From assembly GCA_964467655.1 (NCBI GenBank), contig CAYXSN010000001.1, positions 6,323 to 70,322 of the forward strand: a DNA stretch of 64,000 nucleotides. The letters run 5' to 3'. Of this stretch, positions 9,716 through 19,124 are shown in pieces. Below the pieces are notes generated by a model. The model was not told the origin of the DNA. It did not search any database and saw only the letters and a list, made by a program, of their open reading frames with translations. Within the stretch, counting starts at the first letter, position 1; each line of letters begins with the position of its first letter. Both the position numbers and the translations under genes were made by a program. Source of the stretch: an uncultured Candidatus Saccharimonadales bacterium. Lineage in GTDB: Bacteria; Patescibacteriota; Saccharimonadia; UBA4664.

Positions 9716-10147
9716 CTACTCCTTGGCCTCGCTTTGAGCTTCGTGCTTGGCGATAAACCTGGTTTGCACTGGCAGCTTGTGGGCTGCAAGCCTCATAGCT
9801 TCTTTGGCCACTTCTTCGGTGACGCCAGCCATTTCAAACATGACGCGTCCAGGTTTGACTTTGGCTGCATAATGATCGACAGAACCTTTACCCGAACCCA
9901 TGCGCACTTCGGCTGGCTTCTTGGTAATCGGCACATCAGGAAAGATACGGATCCAGATCTTACCACCACGCTTCACATAGCGTGTCATGGCTCGGCGGGC
10001 GGCTTCGATCTGGCGACTTGTGATTCGCTCACCGGTTTCCGCTTTGAGGCCAAATTCACCGAAAGAAATCTCGGTCCCACGCGAGGCCACACCATTCATG
10101 CGGCCTTTTTGGGCTTTGCGGTACTTAGTTTTCTTGGGCATTAACAT
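9716..10147 (-). CDS. rplP: 50S ribosomal protein L16
   Basis: 143-aa [22 protein letters not shown]... canonical L16. Confidence 0.95.
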   Translation of the reverse strand: MLMPKKTKYRKAQKGRMNGVASRGTEISFGEFGLKAETGERITSRQIEAARRAMTRYVKRGGKIWIRIFPDVPITKKPAEVRMGSGKGSVDHYAAKVKPGRVMFEMAGVTEEVAKEAMRLAAHKLPVQTRFIAKHEAQSEAKE

Positions 10148-10154
10148 AGCTTAC

Positions 10155-10793
10155 CTACTTTCGCTCCCCAAATTTGGTGCCTTTATGGACCCAAACCTTT
10201 ACGCCGATCACGCCATAGGTAGTTTTGGCTAAGGCATGGGCAAAGTCGATATCGGCTCTCAGGGTATGGAGTGGGATACTGCCTTGACTGACTGCCTCAC
10301 GGCGGGCCATTTCGGCACCGTTTAGGCGGCCAGCCACCATGACTTTGGCACCGAGCGCACCGTTTTTGAGGGCGTTTTCAACTGCCATTTTCATGGCTCG
10401 GCGGAAGGAAATACGGCGCTCAAGCTGGCCGGCAATGTTTTCAGCGACCAGTGTGGCATTGGTTTCGGGCTTTTTCACTTCTTCAATGGATACTTTGACG
10501 GGGCTGCCTACCAGCTTGGCGAGTGTAGCTTTGAGGTCTTCAGCGCCACTACCACCCCTACCAATCACAATGCCTGGTTTAGAGGTATGGATGGTAACGA
10601 TGATCTGTCCGGGAGACCTTTCAATATCGACCCGTGAAACACCGGCGCGCTTGCTGAGCTTGGCAGCCAATGTTTTCCTGATCTTGAGGTCTTGAATCAG
10701 GAAGGTTGCGTAATCGCGGTCGGCGTACCAGCGAGACTGCCAGTCGTGGTCGACCTGTAGGCGCATGTTGCGCGGATTTATCTTTTGACCCAT
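10155..10793 (-). CDS. rpsC: 30S ribosomal protein S3
   Basis: 212-aa ORF MGQKINPRNMRLQV... KH domain plus S3 C-terminal domain. Confidence 0.95.
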   Translation of the reverse strand: MGQKINPRNMRLQVDHDWQSRWYADRDYATFLIQDLKIRKTLAAKLSKRAGVSRVDIERSPGQIIVTIHTSKPGIVIGRGGSGAEDLKATLAKLVGSPVKVSIEEVKKPETNATLVAENIAGQLERRISFRRAMKMAVENALKNGALGAKVMVAGRLNGAEMARREAVSQGSIPLHTLRADIDFAHALAKTTYGVIGVKVWVHKGTKFGERK

Positions 10794-11143
10794 TATTTGG
10801 TCTCCTTGGTATCGACTGTTGCAACAACAACCGTAATATGGCTTGAGCGCTTGAGAATGCGGTTGGCCATGCCCTTTGAACGGGGTCTTGAACGTTTTAG
10901 GGATGGCCCCGGGCCAATCAAAACGCTCTCAATAACCAGTTCCGTCAGTCTGGCGCCGTGGTTGTTCTCGGCGTTCGCAATGGCCGAAGCCAGCACTTTG
11001 CCGACTGGACCAGCGGCGCGCTTGTCGGTGTTGATGAGGATGGTTTGGGCTTCGATGGCTCGGCGGCCGCGGATAAGCGAAGCAACCAACCCAGTTTTGC
11101 GGGCGGATGTACCAACGAATTTAGCTGTGGCTTGAGTTTTCAT
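10793..11143 (-). CDS. rplV: 50S ribosomal protein L22
   Basis: 116-aa ORF in canonical position with an L22-like beta-hairpin region. Confidence 0.9.
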   Translation of the reverse strand: MKTQATAKFVGTSARKTGLVASLIRGRRAIEAQTILINTDKRAAGPVGKVLASAIANAENNHGARLTELVIESVLIGPGPSLKRSRPRSKGMANRILKRSSHITVVVATVDTKETK

Positions 11144-11149
11144 ATCTGC

Positions 11150-11422
11150 CTACTTGCCTTTCGCCAATTTCCCGCCATGACCGCGGAATTTACGGGTGGG
11201 TGCAAATTCGCCTAGCTTGTGGCCGACCATGTTTTCGGAAACGAACACCGGAATGTGCATCCTGCCGTTATGAATAGCAATGTTGTGGCCCACCATCTCG
11301 GGGCTGATAGTTGAACTGCGGGCCCAGGTCTTGAGGACTGACTTATCACCGGCGGGTTGGTCTTGCACCCGCTTGAGTAGTCTTTCATCGACGTAGGGGC
11401 CTTTTTTGAGCGATCGGCTCAT
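11150..11422 (-). CDS. rpsS: 30S ribosomal protein S19 (start trimmed to [11 protein letters not shown])
   Basis: S19 signature N-terminus [19 protein letters not shown]. The longer ORF-track start would overlap rplB. Confidence 0.9.
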   Translation of the reverse strand: MSRSLKKGPYVDERLLKRVQDQPAGDKSVLKTWARSSTISPEMVGHNIAIHNGRMHIPVFVSENMVGHKLGEFAPTRKFRGHGGKLAKGK

Positions 11423-11423
11423 C

Positions 11424-12275
11424 TTAGCGCCTCCTTCCCTGGCCACGGCCACGGATTATCATTTGTGAAGTTGATTTACGCCGGCGGGTTTTCAGACCAA
11501 GGGCTGGTTTGCCCCATGGGGTCTTCTGGCCGTAGCGGTAAATTGAAGTTGCCTGGGCGCCTTCACCACCACCATGAGGGTGGTCAACCGGGTTCATGGC
11601 AGAGCCGCGGACGGCTGGGCGCCATCCCATCCGGCGTTTGCGGCCGGCTGTACCGTATTTGATGTTCTGGTGAGCCTCATTGCCCACAGTGCCAATAGTG
11701 GCTTGGCAATTTTCATTGACGAGCCGCAGCTCGCCTGAAGGCAGTTTAACCTGTACAAATCCTTCACGAGCAGATTCCTTTGACACCAGCGAGGCTTTGG
11801 CGCCAGCCGACCTGACGAGTTGACCACCACGACCCAGGACGAGCTCGATGTTGTAGATTTGGGTACCAGCCGGGATATCCTTGAGAGCTAAGCGGTTGCC
11901 TGATTTGATTTGGGCTTCTGTTCCAGAAGCCAGTTTGTCACCAACTTTCATGCCGCTGCCAGCGAGAATGTAAGCCAATTTACCACCCTCGAGCCTAACC
12001 AGGGCGATGTGAGCCGAGCGATTGGGATCGTATTCCAAAGCTTCTACAACGGCTGATTTGATATCTGTAAACCTAAAATCAACCAACCGGTAGTGCCGCT
12101 TAACGCCGCCACCGCGGTGCCTGACGGTAATTTTACCCTGATTGTTGCGGCCAGAGCCGGCCTTACTCGAGCTGAGCAGTTGTTTGGCGGGACGTTTTTT
12201 GGTCAAACCCTCAGTATCGGCTGTGGTCATACCGCGACGGCCGGGAGTCGTTGGTTTGTAAAGTTTGATGGCCAT
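11424..12275 (-). CDS. rplB: 50S ribosomal protein L2
   Basis: 283-aa [20 protein letters not shown]... canonical L2. Confidence 0.95.
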   Translation of the reverse strand: MAIKLYKPTTPGRRGMTTADTEGLTKKRPAKQLLSSSKAGSGRNNQGKITVRHRGGGVKRHYRLVDFRFTDIKSAVVEALEYDPNRSAHIALVRLEGGKLAYILAGSGMKVGDKLASGTEAQIKSGNRLALKDIPAGTQIYNIELVLGRGGQLVRSAGAKASLVSKESAREGFVQVKLPSGELRLVNENCQATIGTVGNEAHQNIKYGTAGRKRRMGWRPAVRGSAMNPVDHPHGGGEGAQATSIYRYGQKTPWGKPALGLKTRRRKSTSQMIIRGRGQGRRR

Positions 12276-12553
12276 TATTTAGCTCCCTCGAACAATTCGA
12301 TTTTGCCAGACTTGAGTTTGACATATGCTTTTTTGGTATCGGTTTGACGGCCGAAAATTTGACGGTAGCGCTTGAGTTTACCTTTGGCAATCACCATATT
12401 AACGGCAGCAACCTTGACCTTAAAAGCTTTTTCGACTGCCTTAGCTACCTCAATTTTATTGGTGCTGGTGGGTACTTCGAATACGAAGATGCTTTGTTCG
12501 GCTAGTCCTATGGCTTTTTCGGAAATTTTCGGAGTGAGAGTGAGCTGACTCAT
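12275..12553 (-). CDS. rplW: 50S ribosomal protein L23 (start trimmed)
   Basis: Internal start MSQLTLTPKISEKAIG... gives ~92-aa L23. 4-nt overlap with rplD. Confidence 0.9.
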   Translation of the reverse strand: MSQLTLTPKISEKAIGLAEQSIFVFEVPTSTNKIEVAKAVEKAFKVKVAAVNMVIAKGKLKRYRQIFGRQTDTKKAYVKLKSGKIELFEGAK

Positions 12554-13203
12554 GACGCACCTTGATCTTTCTTTTCGCCAAGCCAATGGCCAACTTCAGC
12601 CAGGGCGGCGGAAGTGAAAACTAAGTGGTCGGCGTTCATAATGGTAAACACATTGAGGTAATTAGCCGAGACGAGTTTGAGGCCAGCGACATTGCGAGTA
12701 GCCCGCTCCAGTAAATCGGTTTTGGCAGGAACCACGATGACCACATTGCCTTCAAGGCCGAGCTTGGTTAAGAGCTGGGTAATGGGTTTGACCTTGCCTT
12801 CGGCTGAATCGATGTTTTCGATGACTTTGATAGCGCCAGCGGCGGCCTGCAGGCTGAGGGCATGACGCAAAGCTGTTCGCTTCATGCGCACAGGTAAGGC
12901 TAGCTTAAAATTCTGACTGCCGGTGGGTCCAAAGACCACCCCACCACCACGCCAGTTCGGCACTCGGATAGAGCCGACGCGGGCGCGGCCGGTGCCTTTT
13001 TGTTTCCAAGGTTTTTTACCGCCACCAGCGACTTCACCTCTTTTGAGTGTGACGGCTGAAGCAGATCGGCCGTTGGCTAGATAGGTACGGTAGGCCTGAC
13101 CAACGAGTTGCTCATTGGGGGTCTGGCTAAATATATACGTATCTAGTTTGGTCTTGACGTCCTTAGTGGCTCCTGTAGCAGAGAATGTAGTCACAGAATG
13201 CAT
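12550..13203 (-). CDS. rplD: 50S ribosomal protein L4
   Basis: 217-aa ORF with L4 fold motifs (ALPVRMKRTALRHALS...). Confidence 0.95.
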   Translation of the reverse strand: MHSVTTFSATGATKDVKTKLDTYIFSQTPNEQLVGQAYRTYLANGRSASAVTLKRGEVAGGGKKPWKQKGTGRARVGSIRVPNWRGGGVVFGPTGSQNFKLALPVRMKRTALRHALSLQAAAGAIKVIENIDSAEGKVKPITQLLTKLGLEGNVVIVVPAKTDLLERATRNVAGLKLVSANYLNVFTIMNADHLVFTSAALAEVGHWLGEKKDQGAS

Positions 13204-13862
13204 TAGATAACTCCTCTCACACTCACTAAGCCGCGCTTCGGCCCGGGCACTGCGCCGCTTACGCCGATAACACCGAGAGCCGCATCGATAACGGCGATTT
13301 TCAGACCTTTGACAGTTACTTGTTCGTGGCCCATGCGGCCGGCCATCTTCATGCCTTTGAATACGTGCTCCGGATATCCAGATCCGATAGATCCGGGTGC
13401 GCGGTAATTGTGAGAACCATGGGTTTTGGGCCCACGGCTGAAGTTGTGACGCTTAATGGTGCCGGCAAATCCTTTGCCCTTTGATACACCTGTGACCTCA
13501 ACGGCGTCGCCAACTTCAAAGGTGGTGACGTCAACTTTTTGGCCCACAGTCAGAGCTAGGGCAGCATCGGCTGCGGCAGTGTATTCTTTGACCCGCGGGT
13601 GCTTCGGGTCAATGGCATCAATCCTGAATTCTTTCATCACCTTGGCATTGCTACCTGAGGCTTTGAGATGGCCGGCCTGGGGTTTGGCCTGGTCTTTGGC
13701 CTCGCCAAAGCCCAGCTGGACGGCATTGTAGCCGTCACTTTCAAGCGTCTTAAGTTGAGTAACGGTGCAGGGGCCGGCCTGAATCAACGTTACACGCATA
13801 ACACTACCGTCTTGAGCAAACAGCTGTGTCATTCCGAGTTTGGTACCGAGCAATGCCTTCAA
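13203..13862 (-). CDS. rplC: 50S ribosomal protein L3
   Basis: 219-aa ORF MKALLGTKLGMTQLFAQDGSVMRVTLIQAGPCTVTQ... canonical L3. First gene of this r-protein run; there is no rpsJ upstream. Confidence 0.95.
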   Translation of the reverse strand: MKALLGTKLGMTQLFAQDGSVMRVTLIQAGPCTVTQLKTLESDGYNAVQLGFGEAKDQAKPQAGHLKASGSNAKVMKEFRIDAIDPKHPRVKEYTAAADAALALTVGQKVDVTTFEVGDAVEVTGVSKGKGFAGTIKRHNFSRGPKTHGSHNYRAPGSIGSGYPEHVFKGMKMAGRMGHEQVTVKGLKIAVIDAALGVIGVSGAVPGPKRGLVSVRGVI

Positions 13863-13982
13863 AGGAGTGGTCCTTTTACATAATTAATATCTAGCTCACG
13901 CCGGTTTCACTCATGTGCCGCGGTACTTGGCTTTACCACGTACATGCGTGACCTGGACATGCCTAGATGTAAATACCAGGAC

Positions 13983-14012
13983 ATCATAGCCTATCTGGGG
14001 CGTGCCTGTCAA
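13983..14012 (-). promoter_or_regulatory. Sigma70-like promoter upstream of rplC (TTGACA-18nt-TATGAT)
   Basis: Minus strand reads TTGACA (plus 14007-14012), an 18-nt spacer, then TATGAT (plus 13983-13988), about 115 nt upstream of the rplC ATG. Identified by eye only. Confidence 0.5.
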
Positions 14013-14037
14013 CCTTTTAGGGTTGTCTTTTTGGCCG

Positions 14038-14304
14038 TCAGCCCAAAAACGGCGGAAGGTTGACGAAGAAGCCGGCGCCCATAAGGCCGACTACGGCGGC
14101 CATGAGCATAACGGCGTACTCAACTTTGCGATCAATCGCAAAGTGGTCCTTTTGGGCAATCAATAGCCCGAGTACGAGTCCCAAGGGAAAAACAACGTAG
14201 CCGTTATATTTTACCCAAATCATACCCACTACTAGGTAGATGAGTAGCTTGAGAAAATAGGCGTCGTCGGTTTCACCGGGCTTGAATGATTTCTTATTTG
14301 CCAT
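14038..14304 (-). CDS. Small hypothetical membrane protein (2 predicted TM helices)
   Basis: 88-aa ORF with two hydrophobic stretches (LLIYLVVGMIWV, AVMLMAAVVGLMGAGFFV). No family recognised. Confidence 0.45.
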   Translation of the reverse strand: MANKKSFKPGETDDAYFLKLLIYLVVGMIWVKYNGYVVFPLGLVLGLLIAQKDHFAIDRKVEYAVMLMAAVVGLMGAGFFVNLPPFLG

Positions 14305-14349
14305 AGTACGTTTTAGTATAGACCGTAATCGAGCGTTAGCGCAAATTAC

Positions 14350-15606
14350 TTATGCTTTTTGCTGACGAGTGGTGCTTTTGCGGGCTGGTGGGTTATCTGA
14401 TGCCAAAAAGCTGTGACCAGCTAGTTCAGCGGGCAAAAAACCCTCTGGGTGTTGGTAGCCGGCCGCCCATTCGTAGCCTTCACCGTAGCCCAAATCTTTC
14501 ATGAGTTTCGTGCTGGCATTGCGCAAATGCAGCGGAACCTCGGCATTGGGCGCCTCAGCGAGCGCTTTTTCGGCCGCGCCAAGTGCATTGTAGACCCGAC
14601 GGTCTTTGGGGGCTTTGGCGAGCGCCACAGTGGCGTGGGCCAGCGTGATGCGGCCCTCGGGCAAGCCGATCCTCTCGATGGCTTGTGAAGTACTGACGGC
14701 TAATGTCAAAGCGCCCGAGCTAGCCAGGCCGATGTCCTCGGAGGCAAAAATAATGAGTCGGCGGGCAATGAATTTTGGGTCTTCACCGCCAGCCAGCATC
14801 CTGACTAAATAATAGAGCGCTGCATCGGCGTCGCTGCCACGCAATGATTTGATGTAGGCCGAAATGAGATTGTAATGGTACTCACCTTTTTTGTCGTATT
14901 TGACGCCTACCAGGCCTAGCGCTTGCTGGGCGTGAGTCCGCGTGATTTTGGTGGCGGTCAAACCGGCAGCAGTTTCCAGTGCGCCCAAGGCTACGCGGGC
15001 GTCGCCACCGGCTTGTTCGGCAATAAAGCCGGCCGCCTCGGCCTCCAGCAGCTTACTTCCCAGATGATCAGTGGCTTTTTGGAGGATTTTTTCAATATCC
15101 GAAGGCGTCAGCGCCGAAAGAGTCACCACCCGGGCTCTCGAGAGCAAGGGTCCGATAACCTCAAACGAGGGGTTCTCGGTGGTAGCGCCAATCAGGATAA
15201 TGGTGCCGTTTTCCAAGTGGGGCAAGAACGCGTCCTGCTGGGCCTTGTTGAATCTATGGATTTCGTCAACAAATAATAGGGTGGTTTCGCCCATGGACCG
15301 CCGTAAGTTGGCTTGTTCGATGACTTTTTTGACGTCAGGCAGGCCGCTTGTGACAGCTGACAGTTCGGTGAAAGCGGCCCCGGAGCGGCCGGCAATCAGG
15401 CGAGCCAAGGTGGTTTTACCGCTACCAGGTGGCCCCCAGAGGATGAGCGACGACAACGCCGAGCCATTGAGCATACCATGGACTACCGTACCCGGCCCGA
15501 CTGCTGCCTCTTGACCGATGTAGTCCTCTGGTGTTGCCGGCCTTAATCTGTCAGCCAGTGGCCTGGGTGCTTGGGCATCAAACAGTGTGGCGCCCTTAGA
15601 GGTCAT
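14350..15606 (-). CDS. rarA: Replication-associated recombination protein A (RarA/MgsA AAA+ ATPase)
   Basis: 418-aa ORF with Walker A (GPPGSGKTTLARLIA), Walker B (LFVDEIHRFNKAQQDAFLP) and the RarA/MgsA C-terminal helical region. Confidence 0.9.
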   Translation of the reverse strand: MTSKGATLFDAQAPRPLADRLRPATPEDYIGQEAAVGPGTVVHGMLNGSALSSLILWGPPGSGKTTLARLIAGRSGAAFTELSAVTSGLPDVKKVIEQANLRRSMGETTLLFVDEIHRFNKAQQDAFLPHLENGTIILIGATTENPSFEVIGPLLSRARVVTLSALTPSDIEKILQKATDHLGSKLLEAEAAGFIAEQAGGDARVALGALETAAGLTATKITRTHAQQALGLVGVKYDKKGEYHYNLISAYIKSLRGSDADAALYYLVRMLAGGEDPKFIARRLIIFASEDIGLASSGALTLAVSTSQAIERIGLPEGRITLAHATVALAKAPKDRRVYNALGAAEKALAEAPNAEVPLHLRNASTKLMKDLGYGEGYEWAAGYQHPEGFLPAELAGHSFLASDNPPARKSTTRQQKA

Positions 15607-16174
15607 ACACCTTGATGTCGTGGGGCGCCAGGTAGGCTAATTTCAGATGGGCGCCAATGACTGATGGCCAGCGCAAGCGGCTGGCGGTAAAGCACTCTTT
15701 GGCCAAAGTAGTCAGACCGGCTTTATCAAGGTGAGCGATATCACGGTCGGTGATCAGTTTTTGAGCCACCAGTTTATCTCCGGCGAGGGCCGCACCGGCG
15801 TCTAATGTCACCAGGTCAAAATTTGACTTGCTATCTAAATAATAAATCTTAGGTGCTGTGACGTGACGGAGTGGCTCGATACCGGCTATCATAATCTCAG
15901 TGTGCCCGACGTAACTGGCTATATTGGGGATAATTTTGATAGTCAGTTTAGCATGGATGTAATGCGCTACTGTTGTCGTATGCTCATGCTCGCCCAGGCT
16001 ATCAAGGTGAGAATCAAAAATGAGGCCCTCGATGGCGCTACGGTCTCCTACAATACTAATGACGGTTCGGTTGTGCAGGAGCTCAAAACGGGCTTTGGCA
16101 GTATTACCGTTTGGCCCCTGGTCGAGGCCGACAACCATCTCTTGTCCGTTACTGAATGCTAGTCCGAGAGGCAT
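15596..16174 (-). CDS. Hypothetical protein, tentative PNP/MTA-nucleosidase-family relative
   Basis: 192-aa ORF. N-terminus (LGLAFSNGQEM) and the segment GEHEHTTTVAHYIHAKLTIKIIPNIASYVG loosely resemble MTA/SAH nucleosidase motifs (IGIIGAMEEEV, VEMEATAIAHV...RAISDVAD), but the catalytic Asp position is substituted. Assignment is weak. 11-nt overlap with rarA. Confidence 0.35.
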   Translation of the reverse strand: MPLGLAFSNGQEMVVGLDQGPNGNTAKARFELLHNRTVISIVGDRSAIEGLIFDSHLDSLGEHEHTTTVAHYIHAKLTIKIIPNIASYVGHTEIMIAGIEPLRHVTAPKIYYLDSKSNFDLVTLDAGAALAGDKLVAQKLITDRDIAHLDKAGLTTLAKECFTASRLRWPSVIGAHLKLAYLAPHDIKVYDL

Positions 16175-16193
16175 AATGCCGTACGGTCCCTCC

Positions 16194-16841
16194 TTATCTA
16201 GCTGTATTGTAACGCGCCTTACCGACGGCGGCTAGTGCTCCATCGAGAGCTTTGGCGAGCGGATCATCAAGCAATCTGATTTCTGAGATTAGTTTGGCAG
16301 TCGTAAATTCGGGGTCAGCGGTTTGGCCTGAGTTTTTGGCGTTGTAGGCGAGTACCTCGAGGCGGTTGGCCTGATCAAGCCAATAATAGGCTAAGGCGAT
16401 TTGGTTGAGTTGAGCGGGATTGAGTAGGCCTGTAAGCTGACCTGTTCCCAGAGCTGCCGGCCAGTAGGCCATGACGTAGCCCAGGCGCGCGACCAGACCG
16501 GTACTACCGCGGCGCGAATCCAGTAGGGCTACGTTCTCCCTGAGTTCATTTTCGAGTTGGTCGAGGGCGGTGGTGGATGCGGCGGCTGATGGCACTGAGG
16601 CTGCTGGTGCTGTAGTTGGTTGGCTGTTGCGCCAGGCCACATACCAACTGATGAGCCAGAGTCCAAGTGTCAGAATGATCAGGGTTCCGAGCAGCCACCA
16701 CCAGGTAGTATTCAACCACACACCGTCGCGCCAACTGGTGATGTCGGCAAACCAGCCCAGCCGACCAGCCAGATAGCCGATGACCATAAGAATGGCTACG
16801 GTAATGGCGTACGGGATTGATGTACGAACTGTCTGATTCAT
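16194..16841 (-). CDS. Hypothetical membrane protein (2 N-terminal TM helices plus soluble domain)
   Basis: 215-aa ORF with hydrophobic N-terminal helices and Trp-rich juxtamembrane segments. No family recognised. Confidence 0.5.
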   Translation of the reverse strand: MNQTVRTSIPYAITVAILMVIGYLAGRLGWFADITSWRDGVWLNTTWWWLLGTLIILTLGLWLISWYVAWRNSQPTTAPAASVPSAAASTTALDQLENELRENVALLDSRRGSTGLVARLGYVMAYWPAALGTGQLTGLLNPAQLNQIALAYYWLDQANRLEVLAYNAKNSGQTADPEFTTAKLISEIRLLDDPLAKALDGALAAVGKARYNTAR

Positions 16842-16999
16842 CGCGCTATCTTACTGATAAACAGATGATTTGTACAGGATAAGTGGTTTATATTTGATAT
16901 TTATGTTTAACCGGCTTGTCGGATGTTGCTAATCTGAGATACACTTGAGCGAAGCATTTTGCCGGTACCTCCACAACCACTACCAGGAGCTGATTTTTT

Positions 17000-17860
17000 A
17001 TGTTCACCAAACTATGCCGACTGTTGGCCGTGCTTGTAGCGGCTGCGGTCTTTATCAGCGGTATGTTCATGACTTTGGCACTACCAAAAGCGGCGGCCGC
17101 CACCCAGATTCCCGTGAGTACTGGTATCTGGGGCGCCGTGTATTCGCAAGGTGGCTATGTGATGGCTACCGAAACTATCGACTACCACCGCCGTCACCAG
17201 GCCGGTAGTATCGGCTACATTGTGAGGAGTGAGGCCGCCTGGAACCATGCTGCGAATCAGCTGGTCCCCAAAGCTCAGCAGGTGGGCATGAGGGTCTCAC
17301 CGGTGATACTCCCCTATACCGAGGCGCCAACCCGTCAGCGGTGTCAGGCTACCAAGTACTTCGGTGGCAATCTCAACCGCGCCGTGACTAGATTGAGCCG
17401 CACTGCTGGTGTCGGCGACGTGGTCATAGATGACTTCATGGCAAATGTGACTCATTACTCACGTAAGAGCTGCAAGAGTATCAGTACTCAGCAATTTGGA
17501 GCTTGGGATAAGCAGGCGAAGCGCTATGGCAAAAGAGTTATGCCAACGCTTTATCCCCGTGATTTGAATTCAAAGAAGGCCAAGACTCTCAAAAGTCTCG
17601 ATGCCTATCGTCCCAAGGTGGTGTTCGCCTACAACAGTTTGCGCGATACTCGTAATCTGCCTAAGGCCGTACATGGTCTGCACAAACGAATGCCTCACGC
17701 ACAGGTCGTCATTATGGTGTACGCCGGTCCGTACCGGCATCAGTCAGCCAATAAAAAGGTAGTGGCGATTCAGCTGCGCCAAGCTATGGCACTCGACCGC
17801 AAATACCGGTGGGTTGTGGGTGTTTGGCAGTATAAGCCGCCGCTGCCCAAGCTCAAGTAA
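17000..17860 (+). CDS. Hypothetical secreted protein (signal-peptide-like N-terminus)
   Basis: 286-aa ORF. N-terminus MFTKLCRLLAVLVAAAVFISGMFMTLALPKAAAA looks like a signal peptide or anchor. AGGAG about 10 nt upstream of the ATG. Only plus-strand gene in this part of the window. Confidence 0.55.
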   Translation: MFTKLCRLLAVLVAAAVFISGMFMTLALPKAAAATQIPVSTGIWGAVYSQGGYVMATETIDYHRRHQAGSIGYIVRSEAAWNHAANQLVPKAQQVGMRVSPVILPYTEAPTRQRCQATKYFGGNLNRAVTRLSRTAGVGDVVIDDFMANVTHYSRKSCKSISTQQFGAWDKQAKRYGKRVMPTLYPRDLNSKKAKTLKSLDAYRPKVVFAYNSLRDTRNLPKAVHGLHKRMPHAQVVIMVYAGPYRHQSANKKVVAIQLRQAMALDRKYRWVVGVWQYKPPLPKLK

Positions 17861-17902
17861 CTCTCGCCCGCCCCTAGGACTCGTTCCTGGGGGCCATTAA
17901 CT

Positions 17903-18328
17903 TTATACCTGCGCACCTTCTCTGGCCTGATTGGCCCAGTGGTCGGCTAGTTCGTTGCCTTCGTCGTTGTTGTGTCCCCTCACCCATACCAATGTAGCAT
18001 TCGACTTTTGATACAACTCGTAGGCTTCTTGGACGATATCGAGGTTTTTGATGGGCCCGCCGGGTTTTTTCCAGCCCTTTTTCTCCCAGCCCGGCGCCCA
18101 TTTGGTGATGACATTGATCCAAAATTCGCTATCGGTATGAATGGCGCAAGCCCGGCCGGCGGCGTCTTGTAAGGCAGCAATCAGTGCCCTGCCTTCCATA
18201 CGGATATTGGTGGCGTTGGCGTCGCTACCTAAGATATGAGGTTTCATGTTTTTGATAACGGCAAAGCCTCCGGGTCCAGGGTTGGGTACGCAGCTGCCGT
18301 CGGTGTAATAGATGATGGATTCTGTCAT
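17903..18328 (-). CDS. rnhA: Ribonuclease HI
   Basis: 141-aa ORF MTESIIYYTDGSCVPNPGPGGFAVI...NNDEGNELADHWANQAREG with the RNase H DEDD catalytic pattern. No reverse-transcriptase domain attached. Confidence 0.9.
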   Translation of the reverse strand: MTESIIYYTDGSCVPNPGPGGFAVIKNMKPHILGSDANATNIRMEGRALIAALQDAAGRACAIHTDSEFWINVITKWAPGWEKKGWKKPGGPIKNLDIVQEAYELYQKSNATLVWVRGHNNDEGNELADHWANQAREGAQV

Positions 18329-18562
18329 GGTACTTATGATAGCAACTTTACGGATGAGGGTGTTACCACAAATTGCTATTATGTATTTTCGTTCAATATA
18401 TAATTCATGATTTCAGCAGAAAGATTGGAAAAGATTTAACGAGATTGTGGCTAATTGCTCGCAAAAACTGCCGATGCTACTGCGCAGCGAGGCATCTGAT
18501 TCGTTGTAAACGGGCATAATTACCAATGATTGGCTGAGCATTCATTGCGTTGATCATAACTT

Positions 18563-18582
18563 AAAACCCCCGTTTCCGGGGG
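18563..18582 (-). terminator. Rho-independent terminator downstream of rpsJ
   Basis: GC-rich hairpin CCCCCG-TTTC-CGGGGG (plus 18567-18582), followed on the minus strand by a T run. Confidence 0.55.
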
Positions 18583-18600
18583 CTTTGTCTGAGGACGAAA

Positions 18601-18933
18601 TTACATTTTGATTTCGATGTCGACGCCGGCGGGGAGGTTGAGATTCATGAGGGCGTCGATGGTTTTGGGGGTGGGCTCGGTGAGGTCGATGAGCCGCTTG
18701 TGAGTGCGCATTTCGAATTGCTCACGGGCATCTTTGTAGATGTGCGGGCTACGGAGCACTGTCAGGCTGTTCTTCTCGGTTGGGAGAGGAATCGGACCGG
18801 CGACATGAGCACCGGTTCGGGTAGCTGTGTCAATAATCTGCTTGGCGGATTGGTCAATGACCTTGGAGTCGTAAGCCTTGAGCCGGATGCGGATACGCTG
18901 CTTCTCGGGGGCTTTGGTTTCGGCGGTTGCCAT
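18601..18933 (-). CDS. rpsJ: 30S ribosomal protein S10
   Basis: 110-aa ORF ...[43 protein letters not shown]...[30 protein letters not shown], canonical S10. Separated from rplC by 4.7 kb. Confidence 0.95.
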   Translation of the reverse strand: MATAETKAPEKQRIRIRLKAYDSKVIDQSAKQIIDTATRTGAHVAGPIPLPTEKNSLTVLRSPHIYKDAREQFEMRTHKRLIDLTEPTPKTIDALMNLNLPAGVDIEIKM

Positions 18934-19000
18934 GGGTAGGTACTATCTCTCGATAAATTAATATTGATGTGAGCCACACTCTTATCGTGGTTTCCTGCTG

Positions 19001-19030
19001 ATTTAAGCATAACTGTACCTGATTTGTCAA
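19001..19030 (-). promoter_or_regulatory. Candidate sigma70-like promoter for rpsJ (TTGACA-18nt-TTAAAT)
   Basis: Minus strand reads TTGACA (plus 19025-19030), 18 nt, then TTAAAT (plus 19001-19006), about 60 nt upstream of the rpsJ ATG. Confidence 0.4.
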
Positions 19031-19037
19031 ATATTTA

Positions 19038-19071
19038 GCCCCGCTCAGTAGGAGTTTTCACTGAGCGGGGC
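19038..19071 (-). terminator. Perfect 12-bp hairpin downstream of the low-GC ORF; possible terminator
   Basis: GCCCCGCTCAGT / ACTGAGCGGGGC inverted repeat with a 10-nt loop. The following minus-strand sequence is A/U-rich but has no clean U tract. Confidence 0.35.
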
Positions 19072-19124
19072 TGTGGGTCAATGGGTGGGCCGGGTTTGAC
19101 CCGCCACAAATGCTTTGATGCGCG

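Noticed and set aside
18330-18560. AT-rich 230-bp intergenic stretch between rnhA and the rpsJ terminator, considered as a possible ncRNA
   Set aside because: No convincing stem-loop architecture or conserved ncRNA motif recognised by eye. It is more likely just promoter or spacer DNA for rnhA.
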